Assembly: GCF_009914755.1 (NCBI RefSeq)
Contig: NC_060939.1
Length of the DNA: 64,000 bases
Reading direction: 5' to 3' (one strand)
Origin: the human T2T-CHM13v2.0 reference genome, Homo sapiens
This document shows, in pieces, positions 30,125-42,416 of this stretch (the stretch's first letter is position 1; each line of letters opens with the position of its first letter). Made by a program: the position numbers and the translations under genes. The notes beneath the pieces were generated by a model that saw only the letters and a list, made by a program, of their open reading frames with translations, was not told the origin of the DNA and did not search any database.

Positions 30125-30636
30125 ATGAAGTGGTTTTCATTTCCCTCCCTAGATCCTGAGTGATAGAAATAATTTGGTAAGTCTTATTTCAGACCTTTCT
30201 GCAGAGAACTTAAACACCATTTGTTAGTTCCCTATTTAAGACTATAAAATTGACACCTATTCATTGTGAAACATTTGGAGTTACTTAAGAGTATACAAAA
30301 GAAAATAATCACTTAGCATTTTTGAGGTTTTTCCATTCAGTCTTTTCTCTGTGGATCTCTGTAAATATATATATTCTCTTCTAAGCTGGGATCATAATGT
30401 GAATACAGTTTTATAACTTGCTTTTTATTCTTTTTACTATGTGAGCATTTTCCCATATTGTAGAATTGTCTTCAGGAAGACAAGTTTGAATGAATACAGA
30501 ATATTGTACTATAGTTCAGTTTATGTTTTAACTCATTTCTTTTGTGAGGTAGCTCATAAATATAAAAGAGGCCATTAACATATGTACAGTTTAAACAATA
30601 ATTATAACATGAACACCAGGTAAAGAAACAGAACAG

Positions 30637-30993
30637 GCCAGGAACAGTGGCTCATGCCTGTAATCCCAGCATTTTGGGAGGTTAAGACAGGAGGATTGCT
30701 TGAAGCCAAGAGTTTGATACCAGCGTGGGCAGCATAGTGAGACCCCATCTCTACAAAACAGTTTTAAAGTCTGGCCAGGTGTGGTGGCTCATGCCTGTAA
30801 TCCCATCATTTTGGGAGGCCAGGCAGGTGGAACACCTGAGGTCAGGAGTCCTAGACCAGCCTGGCCAACATGGTGAAGCCCTGTCCCTACTAAAAATACA
30901 AAAATTAGCCAGGCGTGGTGGCAGGTGCCTGTAACCCCAACTACTCAGGAGGCTGAGGCAGGAGAATCTCTTGAAACTGGAAAGCAGAGGTTG
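30637..30993 (+). mobile_element. Alu left monomer followed by a 3'-truncated AluS
   Basis: Second Alu (from 30773) stops at gaggttg (30993) with no 3' end or tail. Confidence 0.88.
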
Positions 30994-32100
30994 TCTTTGA
31001 CTATTTTTATCAGAGCTGTTTTAAAGTTCTTATCTGCTAATTTGACCTCCTGGTTCATCTCAAGGTTTACTTCTATTGCCTGATTTTTCTCTTGACTATA
31101 TGTTACAGTTCCCTGTTTCTTCACATGCCTGCTGATAAAAAGTTAATAGTCTTGCATGGCAGCCAGACAACCAGCAGATCTTGGCAAGAAGTGCTAGAAT
31201 TTACAGGGTTTGATGCAGAGTCCAGAGTGAGGACGGGAAGCTATGACTAAAACTCTGCCCAAGGCACTAAGAAAGGCTTGACTAAGAAGGAATTCTGAAC
31301 ATCATAGATGATCTGTTGTATAAGCTCTGGATTATGTTATCTTCCTCTGAAGAGTACCGATTTTTGTTAAATTCCTAACTAATCATCTTGATTTTTGTGG
31401 AGGCTTGGTTTTCACACTTTATTAGGGAAGGTCTGTTTTGTTTTTGCCATTGGTCTTAGATAAATATAAGACCTAGTCTTTGTTCCTAATATATAACCCT
31501 CTTGGGGTTTCAGTGGAAATCCAAAGGTGTTTATGAAGCCCCATATAACTTAGTGGGACTCTAACTCCAAACTCTGACTTTCTTGCTATGGGAAATCTCT
31601 GATTGGCTTTTTCCAGCCCCCCAGCAATTACTTTCTTCTGGGTTCCTTGAAGTCTCCCCCAGGCAAACATGGTTAGGAGTTAATTGAGACTGAGAAGGGG
31701 GTTAATATGCAGACTTGGGAGTCCCACCCTTTAGTCTCCCTTCTTTTTGGGATTTCCCTCCTCCACTTCCAGCTACTCTGGCAGCTCTAAACCCCATCCT
31801 ACAAGATCTCAAGCCAATAATAATGGAACTTTTTGAGTTCTAACTCCTAAGTGCTGTGGCCTAGAAAGTGCCCTTCAGGAAGGGGCCGTATAAGTAACAT
31901 GCATCTCACCCAATGCAGTTCCTTTTTATCAAGCATGAAATTCTCTCCAGTTTCTACCTGATCTTTGTTATTCTCCAGGGCCTTCAAATAGTTGTTTCTT
32001 TTTGTCCTGGTGGTTGCTACTTTGTCCATAGTTTATCATTGCTATCTGTGGGAGGAGTAGTCTGATATGAGCTACTCCACAATTCCTGAAACTAGAATCT
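30994..32100 (-). mobile_element. Old L1M 5'-region fragment
   Basis: gctgttttaaagttcttatctgctaat..., ctctggattatgttatcttcctctgaagagt phrases. Confidence 0.55.
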
Positions 32101-32349
32101 TCTGAATACTGTGTATTTTGAAGAAAAACGATTTTACTGCATCTATATTGAATAGTGTGTTTATGGAATCTTAAAAAAGCCAAACTTTTAAAAGGCAGAG
32201 AAAAATTAAACAGGTAAACTATTTACGAGCTTTACAGTAAAACATCCTATTCACAGAGCTGCCATTTCTTGGTACCCTACCAGCAGTCTAAATTGAGGAT
32301 CTTAAATCTCTCTGGCACTGCATTTCCCCTCTCCCGCCAACATGGATTT

Positions 32350-32560
32350 TGGAATAAGGCTGATCTGGTATGAATTTTGGATCTGCCATTTATTGGCTCC
32401 ATGACCTTGGGCACGTCACCTGAGCTCCCTGACCTTCCAGTCCTCATCTGTAAACTGAGGTCAAGAATTCTGATCTCACAGAGACGGGGGAGCAGTAAAT
32501 GAAGTAACTTATATGAAGTCCCTGGCACTTAGTAATGGTTCGTAAATATTAACTTTATGA
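32350..32560 (+). mobile_element. MIR
   Basis: atgaccttgggcacgtcacct...cctcatctgtaaa...cctggcacttagtaa. Confidence 0.75.
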
Positions 32561-33559
32561 TTCAAGAGTGAAAGCATTCCGTGTCTGTGAAGTCAGGTTC
32601 TTGTTCTTACATTGAAAGCTATTTGATTGTTTTCACCTAAAAACTGAATGTCCCAGGCTGTCTTTATAGAAATATCTAATTTTAGCTGTTATTTTCCTTT
32701 GGCAAACCCAGCTGAGAGGCTAGAACAGAAGTGAAGGGGAACTAATCTTGGCTGCACACCATAACCTACCAGACCCCAGGGGGGGCCACAAAGCTGGGTG
32801 TGCATGGGCTTGGCCAGCCTGGTGGGGCAGCAGGCACCCAGTAGATCAAGACACAGTCCCCAGCTGGGAGTGAGATCCAATCATGGCAGGTGGAAAGGGG
32901 CCCGGGCTGAGGGTTGGGGGAGGCACGGCTAAAACCCTGCCTAACATGCCCAGAGAGAAGGTCACATTGCCCCCGAATCAGGAAGTGCGCCCAGGGCAGT
33001 GAGGGCCGGGCATTCCAGGCACAGGAAGCCCCGGGGGAAAAGCGTGGCTTCCAAGAAGTGATTGCCTGGCTTCCTCTTCAGGAGGAGGAGGGAGTGACTG
33101 GGGGGCTGTGGTGATGGGGCGGGGGCTGTGGAGAACAGATGAAGTCAGAAATACAGGCGATGCCGGTCAAGAAGAGCCTCAGCCCAGTTAAGCCGGGAAG
33201 CCTGGGCCTGAACCGGTTCAGTCTAAGCAGGAGAGCCCAGATAAGATTTGTTTTTCTTTTTTATTTAAGGAAGAGGCTGGACTGGAGGAGCAGGAAATGG
33301 GCAGGGCATGCCCTGTAAATGCAGCTTTGTCAAGAGATGAGGGGGTGGGAGGAGCATCCTAGGACCTTATCTAGGAGGGTTTGTGGGACCTGGTGACTCA
33401 CGGGATGTGGGTCTGGAAGGAGTTCTGAGCAGCTGATGCTACCAGGTGGGGAGATAGTGGGGAGGTGACACCAAACTGAAATGAAGTGACAGGAGGAGGG
33501 CCAGCTTCTGTCAATTCTCTCATCAGTCTTGGGAGTTACTGGTAACTATGCCCATCTTG

Positions 33560-35850
33560 CAGAGGAGGAAGCTGAGCTCTGGCACATGGAACTTGTCCAA
33601 GGTCACACAGCTGCAGGCACACTGGCACAGGGCCTGGCCAACCGTCTGTGGAGTTGATCCAAACCAATGCTGTGCTGGTAAGTCCAATTTAAAAGAAAAA
33701 AAAGCCTGCTTTGAAGCATGTGCCATTTCTTGTGGTGTAAATACTCCCACCTCAGCCAATTTCAGTGGCCAGCATGATGTCACTGAATGTGGGGCTGGGG
33801 ATCCATTTTCATGAGTCCCTAGCTGGCTTCAGACCACCACTGACTCCAACTCAGGCCAGCCTGGTTCTGAGGCCCCTTCTCCTTCCACAGTGCCAAGCAC
33901 ACAGCTCACAACTAATCTGGGTCTTGGTATTTGTATTCACTGCCCTTTACCCTAGTCTCTCATGGGTTTTACATATAGGTTGGTGTGTACAGTGGGATAC
34001 AGGAAAATATCAGACAGTATAACAGAATCACTCTCTCTCACTCTGCCCCCAAGCCCAGGCCTGCCCTGTCACTTCAGGATGTACAATTCAGTTAATTCTT
34101 CTGGAGCCATATTCAAGCATCAAGACTCCTGCAGAGGGACATTCTGCCGGGGGCTCACACGAATCACTGCAGCACGGTTGGATTTGGTTTTAGTGCTCAC
34201 TGAGGTGGCTGCAGCTTGGCGAAACCCTGACATTAGCCATAGCAGCTACCTGCTCACCATTCAGAAGCCAAACACAGTGAGGTCTTGTCCCAAATAGGAA
34301 TTGTGTTTCTGATGTCAAAATCTGCAAATGGATTCAATTTGCACAGCAGCTGTCCTCAAAGTTGGCAATTCGACATCCTCTCAGACAATTCATTTTAAGA
34401 CAATGTGCAGTGTTTTAGTCCCAAACCTACAAAAGTCCATATGCATCCCATTTTCTCCCAAATCCTGTGGCCTGTGGATATTTTCCTTCTAACTTGAAAC
34501 TGACTGCTGTGGAGGCAGAAGAAAGGCAGATCCATGAGGCCAGGAAAGGCGGGCGAGCGGAGCCGCGTGCGGACAGGGCCCTTGTGTGGGTGAAAAGGGA
34601 CAGGGCACCGGGGCAAAACGGAGCCATTCTGTGACAAACTCACCTCCCAAAGCCACTCAGGGTGGTTGGCTGCAACAGCAGCGACTCAGAGGGAAAGGCC
34701 ACTGCACCAGCCCTCAGCTCAGGGGGAAGGCGGTGAGATGACACCACAGGGCATTAAGCCAGGGCCCCAGATCAGGTGTGACGTGGAAACCAAGCATGCT
34801 TCAGGGAAGGCCTGGCAGCAGAGACCCGACTTCTGGGCAGGCAGAGCAGTCAAGGCTGCCCAGCAGCTGCTGGTGGACCCTGGGAAACCAGCTGGGGCTG
34901 CACAGGGCCATCCTCTCCCGCTGAGCTGATGGAACACGTATGTCACCTCCTCCTGAGGATGCGGCCCAGATGGTGAGTGCGCTGACACCCACCTTCGAGA
35001 AGCCGGGCTGCTGAGTTCCTGCTGGAAGGCACATCCTCTTGGTAGAAAGGCCCATCCCCAAATCTAATTTTAAAGAAGGCCCATGAATCATTATCCTAAC
35101 TGCTCATTACCCAGGGGCTGTGTGGGGAGCTGCCTCAGACCTTTGGGCTGCTCTAGCCCTGGGGAAGCCAGGAAGGCATGTATTGTTAACAACTGCTCTC
35201 CTCCAGCCCACGACCCTCTCTCAGAAACCCCCAGCTCACTGCTGCTGCCCTTTCTGCCATGAGATGTGCCGCGTCTTCCCTTCATCACCTGATGCTCCTA
35301 CAAAAGTGCTCATTCACAGCGTCCCCAGGCCCCTGGACTCCAGGCCACCCCACAGCCAAACATTATCTTCAGATCTAATAACATGCCGTGCCTTCCAAGT
35401 AGCACAGAAACCATATAATGATAAATCATAACCAATATATATTTTCTATATGACATTATATAAAATATAATATCAATCTTCAAAACTTGCCTAGAACATA
35501 GGTAAAGGTGGTTAGTAATTCCATCTATGCATATCCAAATGTATTCCCATCTGTTTGCAAATGTATACTTTTCCCACTAGGAAATCACTCCTGGCTGCCC
35601 AAACGGAGGCCCGGTGCCTCTGGTCATGTCCACATCTCGTCCAGCGCTTCTGCTGCCTCACCAAGTCTGGAAAGAGCTGCTCTTATCTCAGGCTACCCAC
35701 TTCCACTCCGCGCCCCTGCCTGTCCCATCTCTTGGAATGAGCGCCAGCTTCCTGGGAGTGGAGTGTACCTCTTTCCCAAACAGGCCCTCTGTCTGGAACG
35801 CGCCTCTTCTCGCTCCCTGAGTCATCAATAAATCTGTCTCACTTTGTCCT
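33560..35850 (+). ncRNA. Candidate spliced, polyadenylated lncRNA convergent with CHSY1
   Basis: Consensus donors CTG|GTAAGT (33677/8) and ATG|GTGAGT (34972/3); acceptors ctgccctgtcacttcag|G (34077/8) and tacttttcccactag|G (35580/1); AATAAA at 35827-35832; no substantial ORF. Start coordinate is a guess. Confidence 0.35.
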
Positions 35851-35903
35851 GACTCAAGCTTTGCAGTCATAGAGTTGGGTCTGCGGAGTTGCCATTTTCA
35901 CAG

Positions 35904-35977
35904 GATGAGGGATCCAAGACACTGTGCAATATTCTCACAGGATGAGGGATCCAAGACACTGTGCAATATTCTCACAG
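35904..35977. repeat. Perfect 37-bp tandem duplication
   Basis: gatgagggatccaagacactgtgcaatattctcacag x2, preceded by the microhomology tcacag (35898-35903). Confidence 0.95.
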
Positions 35978-36538
35978 TATTTCTTAAAGGTCATTTCACT
36001 TTTCGGGCTTATTTTTAAAAAGGTTTTATTGGAACTAGCTAGTAGGTTCAAAATGTCAACGTTGACCAAATAAAACAAAATGCCAGACGACTTAGTGTTA
36101 TGTCAGAAATGGCCAAGTCCCAAAGTCCCTCAGCCCTGGAAGAGGATGATCCAAAGTACGAAAAGGGTGAAGTGGAAAGATGCTCCCTGCATCCTGTGAC
36201 TCAGGATGGAACCACGGGACGCTGGAGATGGCCAGCAGGAGGGAGACGCCCAATTGTAGGAGAGAAGGCAGCCTTCCCGGGCAGTCTCACAGGACCAATG
36301 TGTTTTAAATGGATGGAAAAAAAGCAAGATGTCAAATTGTATGGTACGTGCACCCTACATCAAACGGTACCTACCACAGCCCCTGACGGGAACTCGGCAG
36401 AGTGGGAACAGGGTGGTACAGAGGAAGGGCCTGGTCTTTCCTTTCCCTTCTCTGCTTCCCTGTATGGGTATCCTCTGCTGCAGTTACATTGTTATTTACC
36501 ACGGAAGAAATAGAATCCGTTCAAAAATCCAAACTGCA

Positions 36539-36932
<394 letters not shown>

Positions 36933-39900
36933 CTAATGGGATCATTTGAAAGTGCACTTTTAGAAATGATTCGTTTCTAGCTTCAGACCTCGGGGTGTGC
37001 CCAGGGCTTCTGAGGCTATAAATGAAATTCCCCTTTCTGAGCTTTTGCCTAAAACTCAACCCAAACTTAATTCAGAATGAATGAATCTGAAGGTAGCCCT
37101 AAGGCTTGGCTAGAAGCATTTCTTTTCTCCAGTAGGGTCACACGTGGAGCAGCGAGCGAGGCATGCGGAGGGCTGTGGCATGAACCAAGGGGATGAGTCG
37201 TGGCAAGCTGGCGAGGGGAAGGGGGCAGCGGCAGCCTGGGAGCATCGCCGACTTAATTGTGATGGAGAGAAATTCATTACAGATAAGCCAGCTTCATTTA
37301 AGCATTTTCCAGAGCTTGCCCAACCACTTTGCTATTAAGTGATTTGATCAATTTCTTATTATATTTTCTCATTAAAAAGCGGTCAGGCATAACCGACTAC
37401 TCTTACAGTTTTAAAGGAAATGTAGCTAGAATGTTCTTTAAAGGACATTTCATTTTTGCCTGTATTAGTAAGAAATGAAGACCCTCATCACTGAAACATC
37501 ATGAATGGTAAATTAAACATATGAAGAAATATCTGACAAAAGACATTAAGTGGTTTAACTGCACTGATGACAAGCCAGCCCCTAATCTGTTTGACGCGAT
37601 CGTTTCCGGTGAAAATCTACACCCCCTCCCTCACCCCTACACCCCTGCAGAAAACCAAACCGAACTCTGAAGCATCTGCTTTCTACTGGAAGCCATTCGA
37701 AATGAGTTACTGTAATTTGATCCATTGCATTGTAACCTTTACATTATCGTTGCATTTATAACAAGTTAGACTAAGAAGATTTGGTGCAAGCATTTTCATT
37801 TCAAGCAGGACAGAAGGGGCCATCTTTCAAGGGTTTAGCAAGCACAGCGGGGCCCACCGCGGCAGGTAGCAGCCCTGTGCAGCCGCTTGAGCTGACAGAC
37901 CACCCCGCCTCCAGCTGAAGCACATAAGCTCCTTTGCAGCAGAGATTACAGCAAGTTATACGGCAGTAATGCAGCCTAATTCCCCAGGGCGGGCGTCTGT
38001 GCAGGCACAGGGAGGGCTGGCCCTTGGCTTCCTCCGTGATGAGGGCACAAGAGGAAACCTTGCCACCTGGGGCCTGGGCAGGCGCCCCTCAGTGCAGTAG
38101 GCAGGTGTGTCACCTTCCTGGAGGATGGGTCTTGAGAAACGAGACCCTAACAGCAGGGAGAATGCCTCTGAAAGCCGCTGGTTCCCATAACCTAAGTGTT
38201 GTCCTTACGAGATGGAGTGTGGTGCTGGCAACTCACTAGTGTGTACATTTGACTCGGTGAACACACTGAGTAGTGAATGGAGGTGGCTGCAGGAACACCC
38301 AGACCTCTAGGTGATCCTTCAAGTGCATGGCAAGGAGGCAAATATGACAATCATTTTGCTCAGGTCAACTGCTATGTAGATGGCCAGTGAGCGCTCTGAG
38401 CCTGCTGGGCTGGGGGGAAAGAAACCCGTGTCCACTTCTGGGCTCAGTCAGGGCCTAGGCTTTGATGCCTTTGTGAAATAGCAGGGAGGGGCTCAGACAC
38501 TTTGCCTATAGGAATCAATAACTCATCAGCAGGGCCATGAAGGCGTGTTGGGGCTGGGGCGGGAATAAGATGAGACATCCGAGGGTCAGAGTTCCTTCCA
38601 TTATCTGAACTGTCAAAGGGCCCAAGCTGTGAGTTTACAAGCGCCCTCCTCCCTGGCCCTCACATCCCGGAGTGGAGGGAATGTTCCACCTTGGCTCCTG
38701 AGGCCTGCCTGCTTTTGCAGCAAAGAGGGACCGTCTCATGACCTTGTGACACGTGGCGTCTCCACAGAAGGCCTTGGGATGCTAGGTCCACATCCACGCT
38801 CCGGTCTCATCCCAGCCCAGAACAGCAGTGCAGGGAAGTTGACCCACCTTCTGGAAGCAAGCTGCAGGTTCCCCTAGTCTGCCAGTGCTGTCTGCCCCAT
38901 AAGGCTCTCCTGGTTCCATTCCATGCAGGGTCCCTGGCATCCAACCACAAAGCCGGGATCCCACTGGCAACCTCTCCCCACACACTTCACTGGGTCATGA
39001 AGCCACATCCATCTTCTGCCCTGAGGCTCCCCGCCAGGGTCCTCATGCCCAAGAGAGAAGGAATTCCCTCATTTGTGTGCAAAGTTCAAAAATGTTGTCT
39101 ATGCATCTATGCCTACAGCTCTGCCTTCCTGGCCAGGACAAACTTGGTGGCCGTTTGTGGGAAGTCCTGAGCTGGTGCTGGGAGGAAGGAGGGAGGTTCC
39201 CCTTCATGCTTTTGTGATTGTACCCTTCTCCCCTTCTTCAGCCATATTACACGGCACGATTTTAACATACTGTCCACAGGAGTCACAAAGCAGGAAGCCA
39301 CAGTGGAAGGGTTAAGCAGGAAGCCTCCAGAGATTCAGGGGGAAGGGATCAGTTCCAGGCCCAGCAGGGGCTGCAGGTCTCAGCCTGTGCACTGGCAGGA
39401 GTACTCAGTGCGGAGGATGGGAGGGCACGCCTTTGGCAGGAGGCACATGTGGAGAGGGCGCTCGAGGGAGTAGGGCAGTGTGGTTCCCAACACGCCAGGG
39501 GACGGGCGGGAACAAGAGCCCCAGGCCTCCTTGAGGGGCTCTAGTGAGACAGATACTGCCACATGGTCACAGAAGGAGGCCCAGCTGTGTCACATCCCAC
39601 AGAAGGGTCCAGGGTGGCAGCGGAGCGGACAGTGGGGTGTTTTAGCTGCGTCCTGGGAAACAGTCAGGTTGTCCAGATGGAGGGAAAGTGTGTGGCAGGG
39701 CCGCAGACACGGATGCCCCCACGACTTGGGGCGCAGCGGCTGGAGGAGGTGCCCTGTGGAACGGGGGATGATAGACGCAGGGACAGCAGCCAGGCTGAGG
39801 AGGGCCCGGGTGCCTGTGGAACTGCCGAGTCCACCCTCTGGGCAAAAGAACAGCACCAGGTGACGGAGGAGAGTGGAACCTGGAGGCCAGCACGCGGAGT

Positions 39901-40863
39901 GCAGACACGCCACTGCCAGGGCGGGGAGCTAGAGGGGTCCGGCCGCGTTTCTGGAAACGGAGCCTGGAAGGGAGGCAGTACTTCCATGAACACCAACACT
40001 GCTATCAGGAAGAGGGACAGACCTGATCAGGAGTGGGAGCAGGGAAGGAAATGGCAGGTTTCACCAAGGGTCATTGAAATTCTGGACGCACACTCAAACG
40101 TGTCACTCACACCACGTCCCAAATCCCCACAGTTTGTCACTATGGTAAATAGGAAAGCGTTTATAATACTTTGTCATGAAGATGCATATTATGCTCTTCC
40201 TTATCGAAGAATAAAAATGTCTCTGCTTTTTCTCCAAGAAAAAACTAAACACTCCCACAGAGTAAATGGCAATTAGGCTGAATTACGGCAATTCTTGCTG
40301 TGAGCGCAATGTCATTATGCTGGGACTTAACTGTCATTACACTGTAAATATACCTATCCCGGGGGCAATGCTTGCCCACACGAGCTTGCTACCTTGGCAT
40401 CAAAGATCTCACTTCTTTTGACTCTTGGGTTATATTGCAACTGTGCTGATTTATCCTCTAACTAGATTGATCCTGGAACCCCAAGTTGTGCCACAGCCCC
40501 ACGCCAGGCAGTTGTTAAAATGCAGGTTCTATGGGGCCTGGGAGGGGACATTTCTATCCAGGAGCCAGACGCGGCCCAGGCCCGGTTTGAAGACCTTTGT
40601 TTTGAAGAACGTGGGGTCAGCGAGTTGATGAGGAACAAGGACGAGCTCATCTGAGGAAAAAACGGAAGGAAGCACTTGAAACCGGGTTTCGTTTCACTCC
40701 CAAGCTGCGGTCCACAGAAGCATTTCCCTCAAATAACTTGAAAAACTTTATGAATCGTGTTTAAGTTTTTTACTCTCCAAATGTAATACAATTCTTCAGC
40801 TAAAACAGGAATAATGAGACAAAATGGTTCTGAAAAGTACAATAGAAAAATATTGTTCACTGG

Positions 40864-40869
40864 TTTATT
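40864..40869 (-). terminator. CHSY1: Distal polyadenylation signal AATAAA of CHSY1 (additional AATAAA at 40970-40975 and 41431-41436)
   Basis: TTTATT on the + strand; U-rich sequence follows on the minus strand; UGUA(AAUA) element ~20 nt upstream. Confidence 0.75.
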
Positions 40870-41627
40870 TTTCCAAATGAGCATCAGGCTATTTACAAAT
40901 ACGCAGCCCTCCAATGACGTGTATTAAAATGGCAAGTCTATCACTGTTTGAAATCTAAATGAAAACAAATTTATTAAGGCACATTTGATCTGAGAATTTA
41001 ACTTTCTGGTATAATGACAGATTCATTTCACTTTTGTCCCCAAAACACATGAGCACCAAAATTGTCAAAGAACACTTAATATTTAGTAAAACAGTAAGGA
41101 ATATAAAAATTAAGGAGGGGAAAAAGCGTTTCCAAAAGGAAATCTTTGGAGATCGGTTTACTGCAAATAAAACAGACTAAACACACTCCCGATACACATA
41201 AATAATACTAACTAACAGGTACTCAAGAAATGGCAGAGCTCTGAACAACAGATATTAAATAAATTAAAGGTATTTCAGATACAAAGGATAAAACAAAACA
41301 GTAATGAAAGAATGAAAACCATCTCCACCCACATAACACAGACAGGATGAAAGGAACAAAACCAAATACATTTTTCCCCAACGTTTTGATTAGGGTGTAT
41401 GTGTGTGTGTTTCAGTCTGTGTACATCAGATTTATTGTAATAATTCATCTTTGTCATTCTAAACATTAATATTTTACCCTTTAAAGAGAAGGGTCAAGAA
41501 GAGAAAATGCCAAATCCTTCTTGAAATTTAATGCCAGGTCTATTTAGGCCGAATGAACTACCACGAGAACAGCCACATACCTCACTGTGCCTTCTTCACG
41601 CCCCTTGCTTTAAAACCTACGTGGCCA

Positions 41628-41856
<229 letters not shown>

Positions 41857-42416
41857 CTACGTGGCCATGCTGAGCAGAGTACCATGAGGGGAAATGATCA
41901 ACTCTGGAAAGCTCTCCTGAAGACAATGATGAAACAGCTATTATCACATTTCCTTATCTTACAACTGGAACATGAAATGGCTTTAAAACAATTGTAAAAA
42001 AAAAAAACAAAACACAAAAGGTAGAATCTGTGGAATGTTAACAATCACAACAGAACATTTACCAGAGTTACAGTGTTTTGTTACAATAATACTTTGCAGG
42101 AATGTTCACGTTTTCTGCCATAGGACTGGAGCAAAGGGTCTCAAAAGAAAACATTTTTTTAAAAAAGTTTTGTTCATCAGGTACATTTCAAGTCAAAGTT
42201 AAGCAGGTCTGCTACATAATGTTCAGCAAGAAGATGTGTTCAAAGGCAAACACTGATCACCTTCTTGTTCAGAAAGCTCAATCTTAAAGGAGTCCTATGT
42301 AAGAAAACCACTTGTAAAATATATCCTTGTATACGGACTTCAAAAACTGATCATACAAAAAATTTTTGAAAAATAAATTAGATAATTAAAAACGTCTTTT
42401 CCAGCAAAGCTGGACA

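Noticed and set aside
39563-40276. 237-aa ORF downstream of CHSY1
   Set aside because: No recognisable homology; composition simply tracks a G-rich then AT-rich background.
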